This document shows, one piece after another, positions 1 through 10,829 of a DNA stretch of 64,000 nucleotides (positions are counted from its first letter, which is position 1; every line of letters starts with the position of its first letter). The stretch is from Minutocellus sp. GHC0000111 (lineage: Eukaryota). The notes under the pieces were generated by a model. The model worked only from the letters and a program-made list of their open reading frames with translations, ran no database searches and was not told the origin of the DNA. Where the stretch lies: assembly GCA_977018835.1 (NCBI GenBank), contig OZ361259.1, forward strand, positions 4,092,001-4,156,000, read 5' to 3'. The position numbers were made by a program, and so were the translations under genes.

Positions 1-1794
1 CATCTTCTCTCTCAATTTCTTTTCGATACCCGTTTCCTCCTCGAAGTCGGCAGGAGGTTCTGGGTCAAAATCCAAATCTTCGTCACCGTCATCGTCGCCA
101 AGCTCCTCATCGCCACCTGCGTCCTCATCGTTGTATTCGTCGTACATGTCTCCAGTATCCTCGTTAATTATGTCTCCCTCTGCGCCAGTTTCGTCGCGCA
201 TGAGGCTTTCCTTGACATCGGCATCGGTCTTCCACTCGGCATCTTCCTTATCGTAGAAATCGTCACCATATGCCTTGGACATGATGGCCTCGAACTTTTC
301 AGGATCATAATCACCCTCCATAAGCTTCATTAGAGCAGCCTCGTCGATATCGGCATCACCCTCCTCGGCCGCACCAGCAACGTGCCAGACCTGCTTCATG
401 CGGCCCTCCAGCTCCTCCCTTTTGGCATTTTTGAGGCGGCGAAGTCGCTCCTCCTTTGCCTTCCTCTCGGCAGCCTTCTTCTCCTTCCGAGCGAGACGCT
501 TTTGCTTCCTCGTCTCATCCTTACGACGGAGTGTGTCAGTAGTGTGAGCACCTCCACGGGCATAGCCAACGACGCTGTAGGCGGCACCGGATTCTCCACT
601 CTCTGCAGAGGCGGCCGCCTCCTCGAAACGGAAGTTGTACTTCGACTCGAAGGCGTCCATCTGCTCGAGCTCGTCAAGAGAGGCATCGGAATCATGACCA
701 TCATCGTCTTTGATTTTGGAACGGTAGATACCACGCTCCTCGTCGTCATCATCATCACTATCACTTTCCTGCAGGTCCTTGTCGACCCAACGCTTATTCT
801 TGATGAAATCGAGCAAGAATTTATCGCCATCTCCCACCTCATCACGAGGATCACTCACGGTGGCATCGCCAGTACCCAGCTTCTCGAGCTCGGATATCTC
901 ACTCTCCACCATCCTCTGAGCACGATCGGCATCGGCCTTGGACACGGGCTTCTTCACCATCCAATTGTCTCCGTCGTCGTCGCTATCGTTGGAGTTGTCG
1001 TCATCGTCAGAATCATCCTTGGTCGACTTGAGGAAGGCGGCGCGCAATTCTCGCTGTTCATCGTCGTAAGCAAATCGAGAGGCGGGCCCATCGTCATCCT
1101 GATGACGGCGAGAGGAAGCATTGCCATCGTCGTCGCTGCCGGCGTCTTTATTGCCCTCTCCACGTTCCTCGGCGTCTATCTGCTCGAGCACCTGCTCCCT
1201 CACCACGTCCTTGTATTTCATTGGCTTATGACTCTTGCCCTTCTTTTTGCCCTCGCTGCTATCATCATCGTCGTCATCTTCCTTGAAGAATTTTGCATTC
1301 TTATCGTAAATTGACTTGTCCTTGTTCTTCAAAGCCTTGATGGTGCGGAGGATACTGAGGTCCATACCAGGTGTCATGAGCTCGCCGTCTTCGTCTTCCT
1401 CTTCGCTGCTACTATCATCCTCATCGTCGCTGTCGAGGTATTCTCCCGACTGCCGAGCGTTGAGCAACTCCTCCCGTCGCTTGCACTGATCGAATTCCCG
1501 AGCGTACTTCTTGTTCACCTTGAGGATGGACTTGGGCGCATTGGCTTGCTCTTCTTCATCAGATGAGCTGTCCTCGTCAGAGGAGTCGTCCAAGAGCTGC
1601 TGCTTCTTCTCTTGTTCCTTCTTCTCATCCTTTTTTGAAAGCGGCATGTCTTGTGCTTTTTTGCTCGTCGTCACCTTCTTCTTGGAATCGGCACGTTCGC
1701 TGCTCGAAGAGTCGCTTCTGCTTCCACTACTCGTGGTGCTAGTAGCACTGCTACTGCTACTGTCACTATCGCTGTCGCTGCTAGAGGACGACAT
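1..1794 (-). CDS. KRI1: KRI1 40S ribosome biogenesis protein, copy 1 (3' part outside the window)
   Basis: Matches the 5' part of the 814-aa ORF at 24589-27033. Confidence 0.88.
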   Translation of the reverse strand, partial: MSSSSSDSDSDSSSSSATSTTSSGSRSDSSSSERADSKKKVTTSKKAQDMPLSKKDEKKEQEKKQQLLDDSSDEDSSSDEEEQANAPKSILKVNKKYAREFDQCKRREELLNARQSGEYLDSDDEDDSSSEEEDEDGELMTPGMDLSILRTIKALKNKDKSIYDKNAKFFKEDDDDDDSSEGKKKGKSHKPMKYKDVVREQVLEQIDAEERGEGNKDAGSDDDGNASSRRHQDDDGPASRFAYDDEQRELRAAFLKSTKDDSDDDDNSNDSDDDGDNWMVKKPVSKADADRAQRMVESEISELEKLGTGDATVSDPRDEVGDGDKFLLDFIKNKRWVDKDLQESDSDDDDDEERGIYRSKIKDDDGHDSDASLDELEQMDAFESKYNFRFEEAAASAESGESGAAYSVVGYARGGAHTTDTLRRKDETRKQKRLARKEKKAAERKAKEERLRRLKNAKREELEGRMKQVWHVAGAAEEGDADIDEAALMKLMEGDYDPEKFEAIMSKAYGDDFYDKEDAEWKTDADVKESLMRDETGAEGDIINEDTGDMYDEYNDEDAGGDEELGDDDGDEDLDFDPEPPADFEEETGIEKKLREKM

Positions 1795-1946
1795 TGTTGA
1801 CTACGCCAATGGTACTCTCGATCCTTTCCGCGGCGGCGCGGAGAGCGAGAAATGAGCCCGAAATTTCATTGGCAATGGCGTGGTGACGGAAGATGGACAG
1901 ACCGTTCAGCATTTAATCGAACCTGCGCGCGCATGCGCGCAAGCCG

Positions 1947-3044
1947 ATGAATGAAGCATTCACTGTGGTGAGAGACACTGTTGGAGAGACAATGAGCTCC
2001 AATATGGCTTTACCCGGCGATGAAATGGAAACGGCAGCATCGTATTATGTTTTGTACGCCGAACTGGCCGCATCGGCAGGACAGCAGCAACAAAACTTCG
2101 AAAACGAAGAAGATGGTTACGAGGCCTGGGCAGAAGAAGACGATTGGACAGAGGAGCGCATGGAAGAGGCCAAGTCGACGCTCGCCGCAAACGAAGAGCT
2201 GTGCGATGTGGCCTCTTCCTCGGCCAAAGGATCATACATCATCCAGCAATATGAGCAAAATGCAGGCAGCAACTGGGACGACTTCTATAGTAGGCACCAA
2301 AACAAATTCTTCAAGGATCGGCATTATCTCCACAAAACATTTCCAGAGGAATTTGGGGCGTTGTATGAGGATAGCGATAGCAATAATGACTCAGATGTGA
2401 CCAATGGCCAAGCCTTTACGGTGATGGAAATTGGATGTGGCGTTGGAAATACAGTCCTTCCGCTGCTCGAACGAGGAGAGGAGGCAGTCATCAGTGGAAA
2501 ACGCCGTCGCATTAACGTTTGGGGACTTGATTTTGCCAGTGTGGCCATTGATTTGTTGAAGAAAGACGAGCGCTTCGTCGAGGCTTCGGCGAATGGAAGG
2601 GCACACGCGGGAGTTTGGGATATCACACTGCCACCGCCGATAGAATATTCTATTGGAAGCATCAGTGATGTATCAATACTGCTATTTTGTCTGTCGGCCA
2701 TCAGCCCAGAAAAGATGCCTGATGCAGCACGGCATGCGGCTTCAACTCTAAAACCTGGAGGCACGTTGGTTTTGCGAGATTATGGGCGCTATGATGAGGC
2801 GCAAATGAAACTAGGAGCATCCCGTTGCAAGCGGCTTGGAGAGAATTTATATGTCAAGAGTGACGGAACGAGATGTTATTACTTTGAACTGGAAGATTTG
2901 CGACGATTGTTTGGCCCAGATGGCGCTGGACTGGAAGTTATGGAGCTGAAATATCTCCGAAGAGTATACGGGAATCGATCAGAAGACGCAGAAAGACGAC
3001 GGGTTTGGGTACAGGCGCGGTTTAGACGACCAGATCTAAAATGA
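1947..3044 (+). CDS. METTL2/METTL6/Trm140-family tRNA m3C methyltransferase, copy 1 (start may be ATG 1992)
   Basis: Motifs WDDFY..HQNKFFKDRHYL, EIGCGVGN (SAM motif I), LKPGG.LVLRDYGRYD.AQ and RRVWVQARF. Confidence 0.88.
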   Translation: MNEAFTVVRDTVGETMSSNMALPGDEMETAASYYVLYAELAASAGQQQQNFENEEDGYEAWAEEDDWTEERMEEAKSTLAANEELCDVASSSAKGSYIIQQYEQNAGSNWDDFYSRHQNKFFKDRHYLHKTFPEEFGALYEDSDSNNDSDVTNGQAFTVMEIGCGVGNTVLPLLERGEEAVISGKRRRINVWGLDFASVAIDLLKKDERFVEASANGRAHAGVWDITLPPPIEYSIGSISDVSILLFCLSAISPEKMPDAARHAASTLKPGGTLVLRDYGRYDEAQMKLGASRCKRLGENLYVKSDGTRCYYFELEDLRRLFGPDGAGLEVMELKYLRRVYGNRSEDAERRRVWVQARFRRPDLK

Positions 3045-3080
3045 TAATGAGTAGCTACATAGCTTCTTAGAATTATTGAT

Positions 3081-4532
3081 TTACCCTCCTCTCAATAGAA
3101 AGTGAGGCTCGCCAGAATTGCCCCTCGCAATCATCATGGTGTCATCGAGGTATGTTATTTCCAAGTATCGGCTTCCTCTCCATGAATTCGGCAAAGGCAG
3201 GTCGATGCCACCGATTCTCACCCCCTCAAAGCGTTCGATCAGTAGCACACCGTCAGTTTCGTCATCGTACGCCATTGGCATGAGGCTTGTGGAGAGAACT
3301 ACATCAACATCTGCTCCAAGCACTTTGCTTTCAAGCACAATTTCTACCAGCCTTTGTTCCTCGCTGATTCTCATATAGACATCCTTTACTGCGAAAATGA
3401 GCTGCAATGGACTGAACCCTTCCTCAACTTGCAATTGTTTCAGCAGGTCGGTGCCAACATCAGATTTTGATAGCACAAAGTTCCATTTTGAATTCAAGCT
3501 CTCATCATATGCCGGCTTCGTAGACGACGGTCTTAACAGCTCAAGCTCTTCCATCAGCACTATAGGATCATGAGATCCATCACTGGCCACTGGATTTGTC
3601 AATATTCGTTTGATTTCATCTCGTCGTCTTTGTGTTTCCTCTTCTTCTTCGATTGAGCATTCGTCCTCATTTATGCACCCTCGTGGTCGGTGTGATGTTG
3701 CTGCCATGGTAATGGCGTCCTTGCTCTCCAAGACGTCGTAGCCTTCGCATATACCCGATGCAACGTTGAGAGATGCAGCGGCTACACTTTCCACAGATAC
3801 GGGCGCCTCGAGAGGAACACCCAAAGAGTCGGGCAGCGCTCTTGAAAGTGCTTGGATAGGATAAAGGCCGAGCACTTCTTCTGCTAGACGTCCAACAGAA
3901 GTCGCAACTCGAGGTGGCGAAACACCAAATTCATCACCCCCATACACAAATGTAGGTTGCACTATGCAAGCGTTTGCACCAAACAACTCTCGAATAACTT
4001 TCTCGCTCTCCTCCTTTCCCCGCGCGTAATCTTGTAGGAATGGCACACTCTTTGACAGCCTCCGCACTCTGGGACTGTTGCCAATAGCTACAAATCTTGT
4101 CACGCCCGCGGTAGACGCCCCTCGGGCTGCCGCCGCTGTTGCTGCGTTGATCGCGCGATCTTGTGATGTACCTGAAAGCGAACCGACGGTGGAAATCACG
4201 CCGGTACAACCCACTGCCAACCGTGCAATCTTCTCTTCTGCATCTGGAGATGTCAAGTCGATAGCAATAGTTCCATCTTTCCCAGACGTTGAAGTGCATA
4301 CCAGCTCGACATTAGGGCGATCCTTGACCTGCTTAACAATTTCTTGACCCAAGAAGCCACTGCTGCCAAGGAGTAAGATCTTGGCCGCGCTTGGCGGTGG
4401 TGGAGATTGTGATGAGGTTGGTATGGAAAAGCAGTTGCTGAGTTGTATCAAATGGACCAGCAAGAATAGAACGGATTTGCTGGTGTGCTTTTGTCTTGGT
4501 GGATGGGAGGGCGGTTGGGAGCGTAGAGGCAT
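3081..4532 (-). CDS. NAD(P)-binding epimerase/SDR-like domain plus C-terminal PAP-fibrillin domain; probably plastid-targeted; copy 1
   Basis: Rossmann motif LLLGSSGFLG, Y.RGK and QPTFVYG. C-terminal YLEITYLDDTMMIARGNSG is fibrillin-like. Hydrophobic leader ends in SNC-F. Confidence 0.7.
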   Translation of the reverse strand: MPLRSQPPSHPPRQKHTSKSVLFLLVHLIQLSNCFSIPTSSQSPPPPSAAKILLLGSSGFLGQEIVKQVKDRPNVELVCTSTSGKDGTIAIDLTSPDAEEKIARLAVGCTGVISTVGSLSGTSQDRAINAATAAAARGASTAGVTRFVAIGNSPRVRRLSKSVPFLQDYARGKEESEKVIRELFGANACIVQPTFVYGGDEFGVSPPRVATSVGRLAEEVLGLYPIQALSRALPDSLGVPLEAPVSVESVAAASLNVASGICEGYDVLESKDAITMAATSHRPRGCINEDECSIEEEEETQRRRDEIKRILTNPVASDGSHDPIVLMEELELLRPSSTKPAYDESLNSKWNFVLSKSDVGTDLLKQLQVEEGFSPLQLIFAVKDVYMRISEEQRLVEIVLESKVLGADVDVVLSTSLMPMAYDDETDGVLLIERFEGVRIGGIDLPLPNSWRGSRYLEITYLDDTMMIARGNSGEPHFLLRGG

Positions 4533-4914
4533 CTTTCATATGGTCGTGGTCTATGAAAGAAGAATGGAGGCATCAAAGACTGGGCTGATCCTGGGCTGGC
4601 TGCCGTCCGTAAAATAAATGTCCGCAAAGGTATCATGCACTTTTGTTTAGCAAGTCGAATGAGTCGAGTCTGATGAGTTTGGCGCCAAACGCAATCAGGC
4701 GTTGCGCAAACATCGCCAAAAATGCAAGTCGAGGAGGATTTTGCTTCTCACCAATGCCACTGTTGCACAATAAAGTCCCGCTGTGATATTCAACGCAGCA
4801 GTTGAGAGATACCAACACGACTTAGCTGCATACAACGCACGCATTGTCCGCTCACTGATTCGTTCACTGAAAGTTTTCCAAACAAACACTTATTTCACTC
4901 AAATCATTTGTAAC

Positions 4915-5700
4915 ATGAAACCAATCGCATCCGCCATCGTTATCAGCCTCGCCGCATCTGGAGTTGCTGCCGTAGCCGCCGCCCATAATAAGAAGAGACA
5001 GCTCCGAGGTGGAAATCCCAATCAACAGCATCGATCTCTCGAGGGAGAATGCGTGGGCGTCCCCAACGGTCAATGGAGGCCAACTCCAGGATGCCACGGT
5101 GCGGCACTTTGCATGAACGATGAGGAATTCTTCCTGTATCCGTGCAATGAAGAGGAGGGTTTCCTCTATGACGAGACCAGGGGCGGATGTGCTCCCAAGG
5201 CCGAGGTGACGTGTAAAGTTGGTTGGGAATCCATCGGGGTAGAGGGTGACAGTGCTGGGGACGGCGAGGCTGGTGATGGAGAAAGCGAGACTAGTGAAGA
5301 AGAAGATACTGGTGATGCCACTGAGGGAGAGACTGGTGATGCGACTGAGGGAGAGACTGGTGACGCCGCGGAGGAAGAGACTGGTGACGCCACGGAGGAA
5401 GAAACTGCCGACGCAGGTGCCGACACTGGTTTCGACGCTGATTCAGAAACTGTCGATATTGCCGATGCCGTAGAGGATAATAGCGACGGCACTGAAGAAG
5501 CCGCCGATGGCGAGACAGGAAACGAGAAGGAGAAGCGAATGTGCAACACGATGGAAGAGAGGACGTACTTCAAAGCATGTAAGAAGTTGCACTGCGTCGG
5601 TCTCAGGGATGAACCTCTGGAAGACTGCAAGGAGATGTGCAGGCTACAGGAGTGCACTTATGAGGACGAAGATGAGGAGGAGGACGAAGAAGGAAATTGA
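4915..5700 (+). CDS. Secreted protein with a peritrophin-A/CBM14-like 6-Cys domain, acidic repeats and a Cys-rich C-terminus; copy 1
   Basis: Signal peptide MKPIASAIVISLAASGVAAVAA, then LRG and RSL, then CVGVPNG...C...C...C...LYDETRGGC...VTC. Confidence 0.6.
   Translation: MKPIASAIVISLAASGVAAVAAAHNKKRQLRGGNPNQQHRSLEGECVGVPNGQWRPTPGCHGAALCMNDEEFFLYPCNEEEGFLYDETRGGCAPKAEVTCKVGWESIGVEGDSAGDGEAGDGESETSEEEDTGDATEGETGDATEGETGDAAEEETGDATEEETADAGADTGFDADSETVDIADAVEDNSDGTEEAADGETGNEKEKRMCNTMEERTYFKACKKLHCVGLRDEPLEDCKEMCRLQECTYEDEDEEEDEEGN
5305..5400 (+). repeat. Four 24-bp coding tandem repeats (ETGDATEG-type); also at 30544-30639
   Basis: Units gatactggtgatgccactgaggga, gagactggtgatgcgactgaggga, gagactggtgacgccgcggaggaa, gagactggtgacgccacggaggaa. 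Confidence 0.9.
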
Positions 5701-6115
5701 AAGTAGTGTGAACGAGGAGGAGGGAATGTCAGAAAGTATTGAAGCTATCAAAAAGTGGAACGAAAAGACAGCATATGTGTTTATTTATGTGTACAATATA
5801 AGATGAGGCTCCAAGATGAATCAATTCATAACTCATGAGAGGCGAAAGAGATGCGATTGCTTCTCGTTCTTTCGTTGCCACTGTGCGGCACACTGCACGC
5901 GCTTTGCTGCTCCGGATCAGGGGCTTCCTTGCATACTATTCGTCGTATCTCATACCTAGCCAGCACCTACGTACGAGCCCCCGTACGTAGGTAGGTACGC
6001 ACGAAGCAAGAGCACACGAGGACCACCAATCTGTCAACAACGGCGCACCAGCTCATCAAACCAATCAGCCATCAACCATCAAGGCAATCGCCATCCACTT
6101 CCATTCTAAGCAACC

Positions 6116-7911
6116 ATGCGATTAATACCTTCGTTCATTATATGCGCACAGCTATGCTCCCTTGCCGATAGTCGCTTTGCGCCGATACCCCAAGCACGAG
6201 TATTGGATTTGCGTGGGGGTTCAACGTCGCAGCTTGACTCAACAAAGTTACAAGTGCCGGCATCATATGCCGAGCAAATACAACCAGAGGGGAAAACATC
6301 AGAGCCAGAACAATTTATTGAAAATGATCAAATAGATCATTCGCCAGCACTGCACTCAATCTCGGTGGATCCGGTGACATCTGTTCCAGCTGGCGGTGAG
6401 GTGGCAAAGACGGCTGAAGAAATTGAGCATGGTCGATTGTTGATGCTCATCCGAGTTTTATTCCTGTGCTTTTACGGCAGTCTGGGATCTCTCATGCCGT
6501 ATTTGCCGGTGTACTACCAATCTTTGGGGCATGGCGGGCTCATCATTGGCTTGCTGGGCAGTATCAAACCTCTCACTACGTTCTTCGTGGCGCCGATCTG
6601 GGGCTTTCTGTCGGACCAATCGGGAGAGAACAAATTCAATGTGTTGAAAATCACCTTCATGGTATCGCTGCTTTCGCAGCTCGTTGTGCCATTTCGGAAC
6701 GATGTGAAGTTCTTGATGACAATGGTTTTTATTACTGCCATCGTCAATGCACCGGTCAAAAGCCTCATTGATTCGTTTGTAATGGATCACTTGAGCGAAG
6801 CGGACCGAACGCAGTATGGAAAGTTGCGCCTGTGGGGGCAGCTTGGTTTTGGCATTGGAAGTAGTGGTGCTGGCGTAATATTGAGCAAGTCTCTTGCCAA
6901 CGGCGGAGAAATCACTACCGAGGCTGCTTCGATGGCGCAATCTGCCGGAGTTGTCGACTTTTTATCGAAAATTGCTCTGCATTTATGGGACCATTTGCGA
7001 GGATACAAGTTGCTCTTTGCCCTGCACGCTTTGTTGGCGGTCCCAACGTGGCTTTGTCTAAGAGAGTTCCACAAAATGGATGAAAAGAAGACCATTGCCA
7101 AGAAGCGGAGATTTCTCAGCAAGCCTGTAGAAGAACGGGAAGAAGAGCCAGAACCGGTGCATATCGTCGATGGCATCCGTGCCCTATTGACGAGTTCTGA
7201 TGCGATGCTCTTTTTCTTCCTCGTCTTTGTTGTTGGCCTATCCTCTGGATGTATCGAGAACTTTGCCTATGTGCGGATACGTGAAGTAGGCGGGTCAGGC
7301 AAGGAAATGGGCATTTCTCGTCTTGTGAGCTCTCTTGCTGGGGCTCCCATGTTTTACTTTTCTGGCTCATTGACGGAACGTCTCGGAGCGGACAAGGTAT
7401 TGGTACTGAGCCTACTGAGCTACGTGTGCCGATTCTTTATTTATGCTGCCATGAAGCACCCCTACCATGGCCTGCCCGCAGAAGCTTTGCGAGGCTTAAC
7501 TTTTGGTGCATTCTGGAGTACTGGCACTGTCTACGCACATCGCATTGCGCCTCATGGTATGCACGCGACGATGGTAAGTGGGGGAATGTGCGGTGTGAAA
7601 TGCAATATTTCGATACATTCATTTTAGTGTGTTAGGCTTATCTAACCTCGTCACTTTCCTTCTCTCGACATATATACCTGCAGTTGATATTCTTGAACGC
7701 CATGTACGGAGGTCTTGGACCATCGCTCGGCGCCCTCATCGGTGGCAAGCTCCAACAGAATTTTGGCACGGCAAGGACCTTCGTTCGTGCTGGCCTCTTT
7801 GATCTTTGTTTCGTAGGACTTGTAGTGGCGTACCTAAGTTGTCGAGTAACTGGATTCAGAGACCCCCAACCGCTTCAAGTGGAGAGCAAGAAGAGGGGGA
7901 AGCAGAGATAA
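6116..7911 (+). CDS. MFS transporter (MFSD6/MFS_1-like), join(6116..7573,7684..7911), copy 1
   Basis: PYLPVYYQSLG, APIWGFLSD, YGKLRLWGQLGFG and many TM segments. GTAAGT..CTAAC..CAG intron 7574-7683 keeps the frame. Confidence 0.88.
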
Positions 7912-8351
7912 CATTCATAAAATCACCTGAGGAAAGTTTTGCTAGAAATTTCTAGAGAGATTCTGGTGAAATAAATAGACGTCGAGGAAATGTATCGCAT
8001 GTCGTGCTACTTTTTGAGCCACCGATACTCAAGATCTCTAGGTCGGCAGAAGACGTGGTTGTTGTTTGTGAAGTCTCTCCACTTCAATCCTTCACCATGC
8101 CCCCTTCCAATTGACCAGCCAGCCACCAATGCTGCTGCCGTCGGCACCTCACCAAATTTGAGACCAAAATAGTCGAAGGTTCTGTCCGTCGTCCGATCTG
8201 ATGGCATTTATTCCTGCAACTTGAGTACCAGCACCAGCAAATCCTCTGCGATACTGGAGGCAACCTCCGACGAAGGCTCTCGAGTTGCCGCAATTACTTC
8301 TTTGTTGTTGTTTCGCCCTGTTATTTATCATTTGCTGAAGCGCTTGGTGCA

Positions 8352-9215
8352 ATGTCGAAGAACAATAATTCTAAATGCCCATCGCACGGGATGAAAATGC
8401 ACTCGCCCGCCGGGGACGAATCTCGACGCATCTATGTGCCATCCCACCATGAGGAGACTTATTACCAAGGGTTGTTCCTTGCTGCTGCACTTTCGGCCGC
8501 ATCTGGATACACTTCTGCACAGGGAGGCTCCCCGATGCCGCCAAGTGTCCGGGAGGCGCTTTTGGTACGAAATGAAATTCCCCTTCGGTCGGTGAGCTCA
8601 TTCCTCGCCCTGTCTGGATTGTCCCACTTCAATCTTCGGGTGATTTTGCACACGGCTAGAGGAACGCATGCTTCTGCCAATGATGCTACGGTTACTCGTC
8701 AAGAGTTTTACACGGCAATCAGACTGGTCCAATTTCGGCAGAATGGTGTTTCGGCTGCAGCAGACATTGATACAGGATTGTCAAGAGGGGAAGAAAGCAA
8801 TGATGAAAGTGCTCCATTGAGACCAGCATATTTTCATACAGTAAGCGGAAGATCCGTTCCTTTGCCATTGGTATCTACTTCTCAAGATCATTATAGGCGA
8901 GAGAGCGATGAAGGTGATGAAGGTGCCCATATTGTGCGTTTGCCGCTGCGGAAGGGAAAGGGTGTGTCTGGCACCAATGCTCGCGCATGTCAGCAGAATA
9001 TTGCACCATCTCATCAAGGTGAACAGGAGAATCATTACCAACATCATCGACGTGCCCATACGTCATTTCAGCTGGACTTGTCCCTCGAAGACGAAGAACG
9101 ATCTCCGTCCTTTGATGATGATGTAGAGCTGCGCCGGCACCGAGCGATTAGTATTGCTTCCCAAACCGATTGTGATGGCGAAGGAACCGCTGACGCCGAA
9201 GAGAGAGACGACTAG
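8352..9215 (+). CDS. Hypothetical protein with a degenerate EH-like domain, copy 1
   Basis: FLALSGLS...L.VI...QEFYTAIRLVQFRQNG resembles an Eps15-homology domain; the remainder is low complexity. Confidence 0.45.
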   Translation: MSKNNNSKCPSHGMKMHSPAGDESRRIYVPSHHEETYYQGLFLAAALSAASGYTSAQGGSPMPPSVREALLVRNEIPLRSVSSFLALSGLSHFNLRVILHTARGTHASANDATVTRQEFYTAIRLVQFRQNGVSAAADIDTGLSRGEESNDESAPLRPAYFHTVSGRSVPLPLVSTSQDHYRRESDEGDEGAHIVRLPLRKGKGVSGTNARACQQNIAPSHQGEQENHYQHHRRAHTSFQLDLSLEDEERSPSFDDDVELRRHRAISIASQTDCDGEGTADAEERDD

Positions 9216-9433
9216 TCACCCAATCTCATTGAGCATTGCAGTGAAACCTTTTCATCCACGCCAATACTTTAAAGAGGTCAACAGCATGGCCTCGCTACTA
9301 TAGCTATAATTGCAAAAATATCAATACTGGCTAGCTAGAACTCGCTACTGTCAGTGGCCTCCATCTTCTACATCAAATAAATTCCGCTCTCTAAATAGGT
9401 GTCACGAACGAACAAATGCACCAACCATCACTA

Positions 9434-9800
9434 CTATATCTCGCCCCCCAATTTCTTCAGCTGGTCCTTTAATCGGTTGGTCAACTTGTTGTTCTTCTTG
9501 GTCTCCTTCTTCTCCCGTGCCTTGTCGTTCTTTTCCATCTCCTCCCGTCCGGTCTTCTTGATGTCGTTGAGGAAGAAAGTGTTGCCCGCTGACACCGCCC
9601 TGGCCGACACCATAGCCTCGTTCTTGGCATTGATCGCCCGCGTCGTCTCGGCCTCCTGCCGGGCCATGCCTGCCTTCCGACCCTTGGCCTTGTGCGTCAT
9701 CCATCCCTTGCTCGATTTCATTGGCCTTTTTCACTGCCTTCTTTCTTTGACCGCCGGCACTTTTCTTGGCCTTGTTCTTTACGAGTTTCCCCTGTGGCAT
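9434..9800 (-). pseudogene. Small basic UPF0390/DUF2462-like protein with a frameshift near 9722, copy 1
   Basis: MPQGKLVKNKAKKS..KKAVKKA continues as MKSSKGW..AINAKNEA in another frame. The span is 367 nt (not a multiple of 3) and no intron is visible. Confidence 0.55.
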
Positions 9801-10089
9801 TATGTATGTTGCTTTTGATTTCAAAGAGTGGTAAGATATCGTCCGACGCCTATCCCCGCGCCTTCCTTCGCCAACGATACGATTGATTTGCTTGTTCTTT
9901 CTTCGCGTTGTGTTCGCTTTGATTTCATTGGCCGAGAGCCGAATTTTTCGTCTGGCCGTCGCATGACCGAGCGGCGTCGACCCAGCCATTTTCAGCGTAT
10001 CGAGTATCGAGGACGAGAGGTAGAGACCAGCCAAGGGAGCGCTGCCAAGAAACCTCAAACGCACGCACAATAATAATAAGCTCGTAACC

Positions 10090-10335
10090 ATGATTATCCC
10101 CGTCCGGTGCTTCACGTGCGGAAAGGTCATCGGCAACAAGTGGGAGACCTACCTGAACCTCCTCCAGGCCGACTACACCGAGGGCGATGCCATGGACCAG
10201 CTCGGCCTGCGGCGGTACTGCTGCCGAAGGATGATGCTCACTCACGTCGATCTGATCGAGAAGCTTCTGAACTACAACACTGAGGGCGGAGACATTGTCG
10301 ACGAGGAGGAGGGTGCCGAGGGACAGGAGAGCTAG
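10090..10335 (+). CDS. RPB10: RNA polymerase I/II/III subunit RPABC5, copy 1
   Basis: [19 protein letters not shown]...[24 protein letters not shown] is the RPB10 signature. Confidence 0.98.
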   Translation: MIIPVRCFTCGKVIGNKWETYLNLLQADYTEGDAMDQLGLRRYCCRRMMLTHVDLIEKLLNYNTEGGDIVDEEEGAEGQES

Positions 10336-10829
10336 GTTTGGGGGGCGCTTGATTGATTTACGTGGAGAAACACAAACGATGCCATGTGCCCATCGGAAGC
10401 GGTCAAAGATGAGACGAGAGCCAAGCCTTGCGTGATATTGGTTTCAGGATGATTGGTGGGGATAGGGCCTTGCCAATCTGGAATGCAATCGTTGTTCGTT
10501 TGGTGGATGCTGCTGGCGACGGTGTCACGCAACGTCGTGTCTCTTCTTTACTCGAATCCACCTCTACCGAGCTACGCAGTAGTCGTGCTCGGTAGAAACA
10601 AATCTTTTAAAATATCACTGTAACATTATACTTGATGAAAACAAGCATTCCATATTTACTTTTAGCTGGCCATGAGGATGTACAAGTGTTAGCTAGAGTA
10701 TGTTATCTATGCGGTGTGTTCATCAATCGAATTGAAGCTCGAAAGTATATAGTCGAGAGCATCATCCGAAAGCATTTTTCTGTGGTGAAATATCAAGCAT
10801 TTGTACAGCAGCACCCAGAGGAGTCAGAC

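Noticed and set aside
382..1314. 310-aa hydrophobic + strand ORF (also at 25621-26553)
   Set aside because: Antisense shadow of the Asp/Glu/Lys-rich KRI1 gene.
3081..3100. C-terminal LRGG suggesting a ubiquitin-like modifier
   Set aside because: The preceding domain is fibrillin-like, not a beta-grasp fold; probably coincidental.
5305..5400. Regularly spaced repeats as a possible CRISPR array
   Set aside because: Contiguous in-frame coding repeats without spacers, in a eukaryote.
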